From Mobula hypostoma (taxonomy: Eukaryota): 64,000 nucleotides of DNA. How positions within the stretch are numbered: the stretch's first letter is position 1; the number at the start of each line of letters is the position of its first letter. Under the pieces are notes generated by a model. The model was not told where the DNA came from, ran no database searches, and saw only the letters and a program-made list of their open reading frames with translations. Positions 1-11,857 of this stretch are shown in pieces. The position numbers were made by a program, and so were the translations under genes. The stretch spans positions 87,236,001-87,300,000 of the forward strand of contig NC_086108.1 in NCBI RefSeq assembly GCF_963921235.1, in the 5' to 3' direction.

Positions 1-54
1 ATACATACTTTGAACTTTAGGTTCGATTGCAATGATCAGATGCTGAGAGGGATC

Positions 55-252
55 CGCCGAGGAGGTGCTGGAGTCAGACACAATCAATCACCACTTTTAA
101 GAGGCATTTAAATAGGCACTTAAATTGATAAGGCATGGAAGAATAAGGATCTAATGCAGGCAAACCAAATTCCTGTAGGTGGGCAGAATGACCAGCATGG
201 ATGCAATGGGGTGAAGGGCCCATTTCTGACCTGTACATCTCTCTGAGCCTGT
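55..252 (+). mobile_element. CR1 LINE 3' end, degraded
   Basis: TTTAAGAGGCATTTAAATAGGCAC...GAAGGGCCCATTTCTGACCTGTAC matches the CR1 3' ends elsewhere in the window. Confidence 0.6.
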
Positions 253-357
253 AAGACAAAGATAGGGTGAGCTTGAAAGGCTTTAGCAGTTGAGTGCAGC
301 TAAGGTAAATTATCCTGAAGAGAATGAGGTGGTTATTTTCATGTTAGATCCAACAAA

Positions 358-680
358 GGGTGGCACAGTAGCGTAGCGGTTCATGCTGCACCTTACAGTA
401 CCAGTGATCACCGGTCGGGGTTCTACTCCCATCGCTATCTGTAAGGAGTTTGTGCATTTGACCCTTGACTTTGTGGGTTGCCTCTGGGTCCTCTGGCTTC
501 CTCCCATGTTCCAAAAGGACACCTACAGGTTAGGGTTAGTAAGTTGTGAGCACGCTATGTTGGCGCTGAAGTGTGGCAACACTTGTGGGCTGCCCCCAGC
601 ACAATCCTCAGACTGTTTCGGTTATTGATCTCCAATGCATGTTTCAATGTACATGTGACAAATAATGCTAATCTTTATCC
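358..680 (+). mobile_element. V-SINE (HE1-like), Rex-type tail
   Basis: tRNA-like head GGGTGGCACAGTAGCGTAGCGGTT; V-domain GGAGTTTGTGCAT...CTTCCTCCCATGTTCCAAAAG; tail GTACATGTGACAAATAATGCTAATCT. Confidence 0.85.
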
Positions 681-974
681 TTATAAATATTTTATATCAA
701 TTTGGGAACAGTTAAATTACCAGCAAAGAGGGGTTCAGATCTATTACTGATGAGTTTGTTCATGAGGGTCCTGATATTGTTGAAAAAGCTTGACAGGTCA
801 TTAACCAAGCTGTATATTTGCTATAGTTTCTATTTTTATGTCCCATTTCCAGCACTTACCTCACTGACTCCACAATACTGGTACATTTTTGACAAGGAAA
901 AATACTTCCTTTGTTTCCCTGAGCCCTTCTCAGAAAACCTCCAGTGAGGCTACAGAAGATCTTTCTAAAGTGTC

Positions 975-1145
975 TTGTGATCTTTTGGATTCACCTGAAC
1001 TGACAGGGGAGAACATTGGTTGAGAGCATCTTCTATAAAGCAATACCTCCCACAATAGAGCACTCACCCAGTTAAGCAATGAAATCTTAGCCTTGTTTAT
1101 ATACTACAATGTTCTCGAAAGGAGTTTAAAATCCAAAAACCATCC
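975..1145 (-). mobile_element. Ancient Deu-domain SINE fragment (SacSINE1/AmnSINE1-like)
   Basis: Reverse-complement similarity to 3060-3230 and to the Deu domain as I recall it (GATCTTTT..ATTCACCTGA...ACCTCC.ACA.T..AGCACTC). Confidence 0.5.
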
Positions 1146-1899
1146 CATGGAACAGGTGCACTGCCTGAGCAGAAGTAATGTTTAAGTGGAGCAGGCATGC
1201 TTTTCTACTTCTAGCTCTTGAAATAAGTGCCTGAACACAATGCAAAAAGATTAGTTTCAACCAGCTTTAAATGCATTTTATTTTCTGTTCAGGAATTTGA
1301 TAGCTAGTAACAGTCTGTATTCAGCTATATAAGAATGCACACAAGAGAGAACAGCGATGCTCTCTTTTATTTTAAATTGAAGACAAGTCAAGTTGTAAAA
1401 CATACATTACGTATATTCCAAATGGAAATGATAATTATTTAAGTTAGATGGGCCAACAAGCTAATCAAGCGCAGTCCATCATATACTGTATGCTGCATAT
1501 TAAAAACTTAAAGCACATGTCTTTCTTCAACCAACATAAATTGATGTCATGCATTGGTAAGCGTGTCCCCTATAAAATGCCATGAAAAATAAGCAAAATG
1601 TCAAACAAGTCTGAGCCACTCTGTAATTTCCAATACCAATTAAGCTAAAACATCAAAAAATTGAAGATAGGAATAAAATCTGTCAAAGCTTAGCTATAAA
1701 ATAGAATGCAAGGCATATATATGTTGGAACGTTTTTACAATTATAATTCTGACTTGGTTTTGATTTCCCACTTTCAACCAGCTTGGCTGTCCCAGTAGAA
1801 ATTCTCTGACATAAAAACATTCCCAGTGAAAATGATGGAAAGGATTTAGGACCAATATAATGCCAGAGAGTTTCCCAGGAGCACTGTCCGAATAAGTAG

Positions 1900-2023
1900 T
1901 ACACACAAAATGCTGGAGGAACTCAGCAGGTCAGGCATCATCAATCGAGAGGAATAAACAGTCGACATTTCAGGCGGAGACCCTTCACTGGACTTCAAGC
2001 ATCTGCAGAATCTCTTGTGTTTA
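1900..2023. mobile_element. Short Penelope terminal-repeat derivative (inverted end joined to sense tail)
   Basis: CACACAAAATGCTGGAGGAACTCAGCAGG...GTCGACATTTCAGGCGGAGACCCTTCA (antisense end), then CAAGCATCTGCAGAATCTCTTGTGT (sense tail). Confidence 0.7.
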
Positions 2024-2282
2024 TGATTACATAGTCCAGATAAGATCCCTCCATTATGAAGCTGACAACTACACTCCAGAGTCTTTATTGCAAGTGCTGA
2101 AGATCTGCCTCAGGAGATCTCTGCATCTAAAGTCCAAGCAGGACCTGGACAGCCCATATGATGCAAAAATATGGGAGCTAAAATGACCAGGTAATGGAGC
2201 AGAGCACATAGTAGGACTCAAGAGGTCACAAATGCTGAAGAGACCACAGAGGTGGAGCAGTGAGAGAGGGTCTAGAGTACAC

Positions 2283-2625
2283 AGAGTCATGGAGTCACTG
2301 GACACCACAGCACAGAAACAGGCTCTTCACCCCATCTAATCCATGCTAAACCATTATGCTCCTTTGTCCCATCAATCTGCATCTGGACCATCGCCCTCCA
2401 TACCCTCCCATCCACTTATCTATCCAAACTTCTAGTAAATATTGGAATCAAACACACATCCATCACTTCCACAGGTAGCTCATTATACACTCTCACCACC
2501 CTCTGAGTGAAAAAGTTTCTCTTCACTTTCCCCTTAAATATTTCACTTTTCACTCTTAACCCATGATCTCTAGTTATAGCCTCACCCAACCTCAGTGGAA
2601 AAAGCCTGCTTGCGTTTACCCTATC
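2283..2625 (-). mobile_element. CR1 LINE 3' end
   Basis: CACAGCACAGAAACAGGC...CTCACCACCCTCTGAGTGAAAAAG, the reverse complement of the FFTQRVV region and 3' UTR. Confidence 0.8.
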
Positions 2626-2627
2626 TT

Positions 2628-2925
2628 GGGGAAGCTCAGTAGCATAGAGGTTAGCACAACGATATACAATACAGGCAACCCAGGTTCAATTCCTGCCACT
2701 GCCTGTAAGGAGTACGTACGTTCTCCCTGTGACTGTGTGGGTTTGCTCCGGGTGCTCTGGTTTCCTCCCACAGTCCAAAGACGTATTGGTTGGTAGGTTA
2801 ATTGGTCATTGTAAATTGTCCCGTGATTAGGCTCAGATTAAATCGGGGGGGGGGGGGTTGCTGTGCTGTGCGGCTCAAAGGGGTGGAAGAGCTATTCCAA
2901 GCCGTATCTCAAGAAATAAATAAAT
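2628..2925 (+). mobile_element. V-SINE (HE1-like), CR1-type tail
   Basis: B box GGTTCAATTCC; V-domain TTTCCTCCCACAGTCCAAAGACGTA; tail GGAAGAGCTATTCCAAGCCGTATCTC(AAAT)n. Confidence 0.85.
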
Positions 2926-3059
2926 ATGCCTCATACCAAAGTGCAGCAGGTTTAGTTCAATGGGAAAATATAGAGTAACTTCGCCTTGTTTGACTTTTTG
3001 GTTTATTTTTCTTTGTATTTTATAGGCGATGTGCTTACCAATGCAAAGTGCATAGGGAC

Positions 3060-3540
3060 CTCCTAGTTAGTGGTTCAGTGTCAAAGGCTTGAGCACATAA
3101 TATGGCTAATTCATCAGTACTCTGTAGAGGGACTACTGCACTATTCCACATGATATTTTCTGAAAGATGTAATAAACCATGGCCTGATCTGCCCTCCAAA
3201 TACGCATGAAAGATAAAGTGCAGGGGAATAGAAATTCATCATCAATTGTTCAGACTGTACTCAGCATCTGTAAGTCAATGAGGTCAATGGGAATAAATTT
3301 CATCAACAGAGCACACCGTGTTTTGTGCAAACAAGGATGTATTTCTATTCTTCCAGCACTTGACTAATATTTATCGCAGTGCTGAAACCAGCGGATGTGT
3401 CCGTTTATTTCAATACTATTTATGAATTTTTTCCATGTTTAGACACAACTTCTCCACTAAAACAGAAGCTACATTTTGCAACGGCTTTACAAGCTGTAAA
3501 GCACTTGAGGGTGAGCTGAGGTTGTTAATGATGCTGTGGG
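3060..3540 (+). mobile_element. Ancient Deu-domain SINE (SacSINE1/AmnSINE1-like)
   Basis: CTTGAGCACATAATATGGCT...GTACT..AGAGGGA.TACTGCACT...TAAACCATGGCC.GATCTGCCCTC, and 3' part GCTGTAAAGCACTT..GG...CTGAGGTTGT. Confidence 0.55.
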
Positions 3541-3672
3541 GATCAGTTTCAAGTCCTGCACTTTGAAGTTTCTGTTTTGTGATATCGATCCAAATATTTC
3601 AATAGATTACAGAATTTCAGCCGTCAGTGGGTTACTGGTAATGCAGGGTTTCATCTTGAAAGTTGACCGTTA

Positions 3673-3956
3673 GGGTGTCATGGTAGTGTAGCGGTTAGCA
3701 TGACGCTGTTACAGCTCAGTTATCCTGACGCCGTCCATAATGAGTTTGCACGTCTTTGCCGTGACCACGTAGGCTTTCTCCACGTGTTCCGGTGTCCTCC
3801 CACAACCCAAAAATGTACCGATTAGTCAGTTAATTGGTCACTGTAAACTGTCCAGTGACTTGGCTACGGTTAAGTAGATGGATTGCTGAGCGGTGCCATT
3901 CGTTAGGCTGGAAGGGTCTGCTCTACACAGTGTCTCAAAATAAATAAATAAATAAA
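3673..3956 (+). mobile_element. V-SINE (HE1-like), CR1-type tail
   Basis: GGGTGTCATGGTAGTGTAGCGGTTAGC head; V-domain; tail GAAGGGTCTGCTCTACACAGTGTCTC(AAAT)n. Confidence 0.85.
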
Positions 3957-5063
3957 CTCCCTTCCTCCCGCAGATGCTGTTCAACCCACCAAGTTCTTCC
4001 AGCAGGTTTTATTGTTGTTTAAAATATTATTTGTATTCAGCTAGATCGTCTTAAACCAGTGATAATTGAAACCAACTTGGAATATTAATGTTCTTACTTT
4101 TTGGCCAGGATTTAGTTGCCGTTCTGGTACGTCAATGAACAGTTACTGGGATCTGGGAAAGATCCCACAAAACTAATAGACACAAAAACAGCTAAAGAGA
4201 AATAGGACAGCACATGAACCCACATTAAAATGAAGTTGAGGTGTCCAGGGTCCAAGAGACTCGTGTTCAGTGCAACACCTTAGATACTCTCTAACAATCA
4301 GAGGCAAGGCTGAATACTGTATACCAATATGATAATATTCTGCACAGGTTTCCCTAAGTCTCTAAGGTAATTGAGGATATCTGTGTAACATTGTTGAACC
4401 ATGACCTGTTATATTTCAAGAAGAATATTTTTCACATCTCAACAGTCCAAACACAGAGCTGCACTTTCATCTGTAATCTTCAATTCCATGCCTAACCATT
4501 TATTCACCCCTTTACATCATAGGATAGGCAGCAAAGGTCACAAATCATGCTGAGCTTGATATCTAACATCAACAAATAATTTACTTTGAATTGTGAAGCT
4601 CACTGTTTCTTCCATTTGTTGTGCTAGGTCACAGTCCAAGAGAAACCTCATGTGAAATCAACACTTTAAGGCATTCAGGTCTGTTATTGATGCAGTTGTA
4701 GACCAAGCAAGGAGTTCGATGGTTAGTAGATGTTCTGCTTGTAAATCAGAACAGATAGCTGCAGGAGATGTATAAGTAATGAGTAACTCCTTCTTCCTGA
4801 GGAAGCAATGCACGTACTGTCACAGAACTACTGTTTAAGAAGCTTAGCTTTTCTCTTCATTTGAAGGGTTGATCTAATCAGTGGCCCTTAAAATGATCAC
4901 GTTAAAATTAATAACATCAATTTCCACTAGTAAGTGAAAGTGCCAAATTTTAAAATGATCTCAAAAAGAATCAGAAGGCAAGTAAAAGAAAACATTTATG
5001 CAGAAAATTAGAATGTGCATTCTCATGATATTGTTGAAGTAAATTATAAAATGTAATTAAATG

Positions 5064-6455
5064 GGTAATGTTAGTACACGTCCTTCGGGCAGGTGGGACC
5101 CGCCAGCCTTGGACAGAGAAGAAAAACTCTGATTGTAAACCTCCGCTGCCTTGTGGCCATACCTACTCATGGGAAAGGCTTTGGCAGCACTGGGGCTCCA
5201 CAGGGGACTGTCTTGTCTCCCTTTCTCTTCACCATTTACACCTCGGACTTCAACTACTGCACAGAGTCTTGTCATCTTCAGAAGTTTTCGGATGACTCTG
5301 CCATAGTTGGATGCATCAGCAAGGGAGATGAGGCTGAGTACAGGTCAACGGTAGGAAACTTTGTCACATGGTGTGAGCAGAATTATCTGCAGCTTAATGT
5401 GAAAAAGACTAAGGAGCTGGTGGTAGACCTGAGGAGAGCTAAGGTACCGGGGGTGACCCCTGTTTCCATCTGGGGGTCAGTGTGGACACGGTGGAGGATT
5501 ACAAATACCTGGGGATACGAATTAACAATAAACTGGACTGGTCTAAGAACACTGAGGCTGTCTACAAGAAGGCTCAGAGCCTTCTCTATTTCCTGAGGAG
5601 ACTGAAGTCCTTTAACATCTGCCAGACGATGCTGAGGATGTTCTACGAGTCTGTGGTGGCCAGTGCTATCATGTTTGCTGTTGTGTGCTGGGGCAGCAGG
5701 CTGAGGGTGGCAGACACCAACAGAATCAACAAACTCATTCGTAAGGCCAGTGATGTTGTGGGGATGGAACTGGACTCTCTCACGGTGGTGTCTGAAAAGA
5801 GGATGCTGTCTAAGTTGCATACTATCTTGGACAATGTCTCCCATCCACTACATAATGTACTGGGTGGGCACAGGAGTACATTCAGCCAGAGACTCATTCC
5901 ACCGAGATGCAGCACAGAGCATCAAAGGAAGTCATTCCTGCCTGTGGCCATCAAACTTTACAACTCCTCCTTTGGAGGGGCAGACATCCTGAGCCAATAG
6001 GCTGGTCCTGGACTTATTTCATAATTTACTGGCATAATTTACATATTTATATATGTATTTATTTATTTATTTATAATTTAACTATTTATGGTTCTATTAC
6101 TATTTATTATTTATGGAGCAACTGTAATGAAAACCAATTTCCCCCGGGATTAATAAAATATGAATATGACTATGACTATGACTAAACCCTGAGGAAGAAA
6201 TCCGGAGCCAGGGCCCTAAGGGAGTTGGATGTTGTTTACAGCTCCAATCTGGCAACCTCTACGAAGACACTGGTACCACGCTGCATGGGTGCTTGCCCTT
6301 CCCTTGGACTACATCAGTGACGTGGAGAGGGAGAACCTGCTGCAACAGTCAGTTCTTCAAATCTTCCCGCCCAGGCTTGCATCCTGGAGAGAACGTAGTC
6401 CACCAGAGGCACAAACCCACGATACCCTGGGATCATGGCTTCCTACGACATGAAC
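5064..6455 (+). mobile_element. Non-autonomous RTE-derived (bipartite) element split by a Rex1 insertion (pieces 5064-5186 and 6183-6455)
   Basis: GAAAAACTCTGATTGTAAACCTCCGCTGCCTTG...ACTCATGGGAAAGGCTT | TAAACCCTGAGG is continuous in the related minus-strand copy at 19750-20183. Confidence 0.6.
5184..6183 (+). mobile_element. Rex1/Babar LINE, 5'-truncated, RT C-terminal half, frameshifted
   Basis: TGAPQGTVLSPFLFTIYTSDF, KFSDDSAIVG, LQLNVKKTKELVVD, YKYLG, LYFLRRL; (TATGAC)n tail at 6159-6183. Confidence 0.9.
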
Positions 6456-7394
6456 AAAATTGAATGCCATTGGTGCTGAGACCATGATTTTCCCTGATTT
6501 GGGGAACTGAGGCATAAAGTATTGAAAGGAAATGTTTTCTTTCGTAGTTACCAAATAAGAATACAATTATGCTTCCTCTTTAAAGTATTACCTGAAGTGG
6601 TATCTGATGGCCTTTTTGACCTCATTGCAATGGCAAAAAAAAACATGGGAGATCACAGGCAGCAGAGCTTGGTGGTTTGGACTGGGCCGGGTAAGGCCAA
6701 AAATTGCTCAAGTAGTCTTGGAGAGCAGGAGTAGACCAGCACACAACTGGGTGACAGCTGTTGAGAATAAGTGCCTAACTAAATGATCTGGTGTTTAGAC
6801 ATTAGATAAGTACCAAACTGAATTACGTTCAAAACTCTTAGCTCTTTGTTAGCCCGATTTTCAGCAATCAACCTGTAATTTGATAATATTCCTAGGTAAG
6901 GGGAATTACAAAACATGGGAAGAAAGTCAAAGTCAAAGCAAATTTATTATCAAAGCACATAATTATCACCACCTACTACCATGATATTCAACTTCTTGCA
7001 GGAATCTACAGGAAAATAAAGAGATATAGTAGAATGTATGAAAAACTATACCCAATCAAAAGCAAAGACTGACAAACAACCATAAGTATAAGAAAGCAAT
7101 TGGAGAAGTACACCTTGAACCTTATCCCATTCTTAAGTATAACATAGCAGCTCTGTAAATTCTACCCTTGCCTTATTTCCCAAATACAATTATTGTAGGT
7201 AATCAAAAGCGGTTAATCTCAGGTTTAATATCAACAATTGAATCTGTATTAGTTGCCATTTTGTTAAGGTGAGTTTAAACCCCAGCAACTTCCTACACCT
7301 AAGTAGTTCCCCTAACCACTCCTGAAAAGCCTTGCTCTGGTGTTTAGTATGTCTTCTTATCCTAGTCTCTCATCAAGCCAATTAATGTCTCACT

Positions 7395-7634
7395 AACAAC
7401 ACACAGTAAAATGCTGGAGGAACTTAGCAGATCTGGGAGCATCTGTAGAGGAAAATAAATAACCAATGCTTCAGACCGAGACTCTACTTCAGGAATGGCG
7501 ATTACGTCCTGAAGAAGGGTCTTGCCCTGAAACATCAACCGTTTTTTCCCTCCGTAGATGCTAACTGACTTGCTGAGTTGTTCCAGCATTTTTGTGTTGC
7601 TCAAGATTTCCAACATCTACAGAATCTTGTCTTC
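7395..7634. mobile_element. Older head-to-head (fold-back) Penelope terminal-repeat element
   Basis: About 95-bp degenerate inverted arms around 7492-7507; hammerhead-like CTGAAGAAGGGTCTTGCCCTGAAACATC; probable TSD AATGTCTCACT/AGTGTCACACT. Confidence 0.72.
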
Positions 7635-7886
7635 AGTGTCACACTCTATACAGGCAGTTTGCTTAACAACTTGAAAATTGAGCAAAATGGATAGTTTAAC
7701 CATTTCAGTCCCAATAACATGCATCACCAGTTTGTGTAATTTAAACTTCAGAGATCGGGTGGTCTTCTGGGATTCTGGGAAATCTATGCTCTGTTCCCTC
7801 CATAAGCAGATGAACTAAATTCAACTAGGTAGCCCATGTCATGATAAACATCCACACAGGCATCAAAATGCTTCTGAATTGTAACA

Positions 7887-9288
7887 AACAAGAGAAACTC
7901 TGCAGATTCTGGAAATCCAAGCAACACACCAGAAAATGCTGGAAGAACTCAGCAGGCCAGGCAGAATTGATGGAAAAGAGTACAGTCAACGTTTCGGACT
8001 GAGACCCTTCAGCAGGTCTAGAGGGTCACTTCCTTTACCATCTCTGCTCTCAGGATGAGGCTTTTCATTCCAGAATGAAGGAGATGCCCTTCTTCAAAGA
8101 AAGGGACGTCCCTTCCTCCACCATCAACGCTGCCCTCAACCACACCTCTTCCATTTCATGCTTATCATCTCTCACCTGATGCTCCCACCACCCTACCAGG
8201 GATAGGGTTCCTCTTGTCCTCACCTACCACCCCACCAGCCTCCGCGTCCAGCACATAATTCTCCACAACTTTTGCCATCTCCAACGAGATCCCACCACCA
8301 AGCACATCTTTCCCTCCCACCCCCCATTTTCTTCTTTCCGCAAGGATCATTCCCTATGCGACTCCCTTGTCCATACGCCCCTCCCAACTGATCTCTCTCC
8401 TGTCACTTATCCTTGCAGGCAGAACAAGTGCTTATCTCCTCCCGTACTACCATTCAGGGCCTCAAACAGTCCTTCCAGCTGAGGTGACACTTCATCTGTG
8501 AGGCTGTTGGGTCATATACTGTGTCCAATGCTCCCAGTATAGCCTCCTTTATATCAGTGAGACCTGACGTAGACTGGGAGACCACTTCACAGAGCAACTA
8601 CACTCTGTCCGCCAGAAAACACGGGATCCCCCAGTGGCCACCCATTTTAAACACGAAATACTCTGCAGATGCTGGCGTCAAAGCAACACTCACAACACAC
8701 TGGAGGAACTCAGTAGGTCGGGCAGCATCCATGGAAACGTTGACTGGCCACCCATTTTAATTGCACTTCCCATTCCCATTCTGATATGTTAGTCCATGGT
8801 CTCCTCTACTGTTGCAATGAGGCCACACTCAGGTTGGAGGAACAACACCTTATATTCCATCTGGGTAGCGTCCAACTTGATGGTATGAACATCAATTTCT
8901 CGAACTTCCGGTAATGCCCCAACCAATCTCTCCTTCACCCTTCGCCATCCCCATTTCCCTCTCACCATATCTCCTTGCTGGCCCATTGCCTCCCTCTGGT
9001 GCTCCTCCCCCTTTTCTTTCTTCCATAGCCTTCTGTCCTCTCCATTTAGATTACCCCCCTCCAGCACTGTACCTCTTTCACCAATCAACTTCCCAGCTCT
9101 TTACTTCAGCCCTCCCCCTCCCACTTTCACCTATCACCTTGTGTTCCTCACACCCCTCCCCCCCCACCTTTTAACTCTACTCATCCTTTTTTCTCCTGTC
9201 CTGATGAACATTGAACATCGACTGTTTACTCTTTTCCACAGTTGCTGCCTGGCCTGCTGAGTTCCTCCAGCATTTTGTGTGTGTGTTG
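7887..9288 (+). mobile_element. Penelope-like element (GIY-YIG region) with inverted 5' terminal repeat
   Basis: Homologous to 44099-45798; inverted end copy at 7887-8016; 14-bp TSD TCTGAA(T/C)TGTAACA at 7873-7886 and 9289-9302. Confidence 0.9.
8651..8744 (-). mobile_element. 94-bp Penelope 3'-end insertion nested in another Penelope copy
   Basis: Perfect 16-bp TSD TGGCCACCCATTTTAA at 8635-8650 and 8745-8760. Confidence 0.8.
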
Positions 9289-9536
9289 TCTGAACTGTAA
9301 CATTTTTTTTATACCTTCATGATTGGTAAGCTTGCTATTTAAACTGAAAGTGCAAACCAGGTTTACAAACAGATGCGTTGATGCATTGCATATTGCATTC
9401 GTATCTTCCGAAATCTTAGCCAAGTTATCAGGAGAAATCCTACTCACCGAAATTGTGCTTCTTCACAAAGACGGAATGAAGATGTGAAGGTGATGCATCC
9501 GTCTTGTTCTTACATTTCAGTCTTTAGGAACTCTTG

Positions 9537-9832
9537 GAGTGACATGGTTGCGTAGCAGTTCGTGTAAGATCGTGTTTTGATTCATCACCACTGTCTGTAA
9601 GGAGTTTGTATGTTCTCCCCATGACCTATGGGTTTCCTCCAGGTGCTCCAGTTTCCTCCCACATTCCAAAGACTTATAGTTAAGGTTAGTGAGTTTGGAA
9701 CATACAATGATGGAGCCAGAAGTGTAGTGAACCAGCACAATCCCCACTGATTTCACTTGATGCAAACTGCACATTTCGCTGTATGTTTCACTGTACAGTA
9801 TCTGTGACAAACAAAGCCAATCCTTTACTTTC
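9537..9832 (+). mobile_element. V-SINE, Rex-type tail
   Basis: V-domain GGAGTTTGTATGTTCTCCCCATGACC...CCAGTTTCCTCCCACATTCCAAAGAC; tail TGTGACAAACAAAGCCAATC. Confidence 0.8.
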
Positions 9833-9883
9833 ATTTGAGCAGCGAGGCCTAGTCTAAAGTTTGAAGCAAGCACTTCGAGGAGT

Positions 9884-10477
9884 CAGGCATCCCACCTCTC
9901 CCGGAAGTTCCGGGAGTCTCCTGCATATTAATAGCAGCTCCCTGATGCCCGCAAATTATATACAATATCCCGGAAACGAGAGAGAGAGAGAGAGAGCGGG
10001 AGTGAGAGCGGTCGTCCTGATTGGTCTCTCTTTGCGCTAAGTAGACCTATCAGTTTTCTCTGTGGGTGGGCTTTACAGACGACCTCTGTCTCTCCATCAG
10101 TTCAATTTAGTGTCCTGCACTGCCATGGCAGAGTGTTTCAAAAAAAGAAAATATAAAACGCATTTCACCCCAGACTACACTAAAGTGTACCCCTGCCTAA
10201 TAGGGCTCAAAAATAATGACAGTGTTGCTCGCTGCACTGTTTGCAACAGTGACTTTTCTATTGCCCATGGTGGGTTAAAACTGTAAAAGACATGTTGAGG
10301 TGAGTTTAACAGGTGTCATTCATTCATTAGCATAGCTAACGTTATTTAAACTAGCTGGCTAGCTGCTAAGGAGCTGCTCTATTGCAGACATCCCACCTCT
10401 CCCGGAAGTTCCGGGAGTCTCCCGCAAATTGATGGTGATACCTCCCTGAAATGAGTTTTTGCAGGGTGGGCTGTCTG
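9884..10477 (+). mobile_element. Non-autonomous hAT-superfamily DNA transposon retaining transposase exon 1 (BED zinc finger)
   Basis: TIRs CAGGCATCCCACC...GGTGGGCTGTCTG; 6-bp TSD AGGAGT/AGGAAT; gccATGG at 10125 encoding ARCTVCNSDFSIAHGG..CKRHVE, then GTGAGT donor at 10300. Confidence 0.8.
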
Positions 10478-10914
10478 AGGAATGCAGTTAGGAACTACTT
10501 CTACATACAAAATACAATGGAAATTTAGAATTCCCTCCTGTGATATTAAAGTAATCACTTCTTCAGCAAGATGACATAACTCATGGTGAACCAAAATTAA
10601 TCAAAAGCTGACCAGAATTCCTTCCCCAAGGTGCTGTGGGGAACCTGGTGTCAGAACTGAAAGTTTCAAATGGCTTGTAAATTGAAAAGAAATACTGAGG
10701 TATTTGTTCATACGAGCAACAATTTTACCTCTAGACTTCTGCTAAATGGCAATGTCACCAAAGTTACAAGTCATCGCATAAATAATAATTTGGCTGGATC
10801 TGTCCTCACAGGCATTTGTAAGAGTAAACAACATGAGAAGCATTCATTAACATCTGTGAGAATACTCCTAAAATGTTTCATCCTCGTACCATGGTTGGAA
10901 TTGGATTTGCAATT

Positions 10915-11590
10915 TGCAACTGGAATCACTTTATTATTGCCACATGTACCAAGGTTGTCACAACCACAGACTCTGCAGCAGGGTCTATACACCTGCACAG
11001 GGAAGCTACGCAACAGATTCGACAATTGCGCTCCAGCTAATTAGTGTTCTATTATGGTGGTGCTTAACTCCTTTCTTTTCATGCTAGTCTTGTTGAGACT
11101 TGACCAAATGCACAGCAACGTTTACACTCCCTGCTTACCGTCACCCCTGTACTGGAAAAAAGACTACCATTTTGACAGATGCTGTCAGGGAGTGGTGTTC
11201 AATTAGTATTAGTTATAGCTTTCAGCCGCAGTGTCGGAGGTAACTTTCAGTTTGAAAGTGTTAGTTAATGGCCCTGTTGGCCTGGTGTTTATTATTGTTT
11301 CTCTTCCCCTTTAATTTCCGCAAGAGTTCGCATTAAAGTCAGTGAACCATTGACCCGCCACTGTTTCTGCACTTGGGCCATATATGAATGCTTTGACAGA
11401 GGTGCAGTGAAAACTTGTCCAGTATACTGTCCATACAGATCAAATTATTCCCCAGTACCTTGAGGTGGCACAAAGTAAAGCAATAATGAGTGCAGAATAA
11501 CATGCAACAGCTACAGAGATAGTGAAGTGCAGGTTGACAATAGGTGCAAGGTCAATAACAAGATTGATTCTGAGGTCAAGAGTCCATTCC
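10915..11590 (-). mobile_element. Rex1-type LINE 3' UTR, interrupted by a solo LTR
   Basis: TTATTATTGCCACATGTACC(A/G)AGGT|GCAGTGAAAACTTGT is continuous in the copies at 14115-14275 and 24120-24195. Confidence 0.65.
10956..11398 (+). mobile_element. Solo LTR (443 bp)
   Basis: TGTCA...TGACA termini; TSD AAGGT/GAGGT; ATTAAA near the 3' end. Confidence 0.75.
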
Positions 11591-11594
11591 TATG

Positions 11595-11697
11595 CCCTGA
11601 TGAAAGATCTTGGCCTGAAAAGTTGACTCTTTATTTCTTTCCATAGATGCTACCTAACCTGCTGAGTTCCCCCAACGTTTTATGTGTGTTGCTCTGT
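11595..11697 (+). mobile_element. Penelope terminal fragment beginning at the hammerhead core
   Basis: CCTGATGAAAGATCTTGGCCTGAAAAGTTGACT...CCTGCTGAGTTCC. Confidence 0.65.
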
Positions 11698-11857
11698 ATA
11701 TGCTGTGAGAATGCCAAGGGTAGTTCTCTCTTCAATCATCTAGGGCTAGCATTAGTTAGAAAATGGCGCACGAAGAAACAGAATAGACAACCTATAGAAA
11801 GAGAGCAAAAAGTGTACGTGCCATAAGGTATAGTTGAATGATCTTATGTCATGTTAT

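Noticed and set aside
5120..6210. HDV-like or twister ribozyme in the RTE-derived 5' body
   Set aside because: I could not assemble the required nested pseudoknot or catalytic residues by eye; left as an untested possibility.
9447..9520. Minus-strand exon ending at a GTGAGT donor, and a small AAGACGGA/TCCGTCTT hairpin
   Set aside because: No good acceptor and the peptide is unrecognised; an 8-bp stem is expected by chance.
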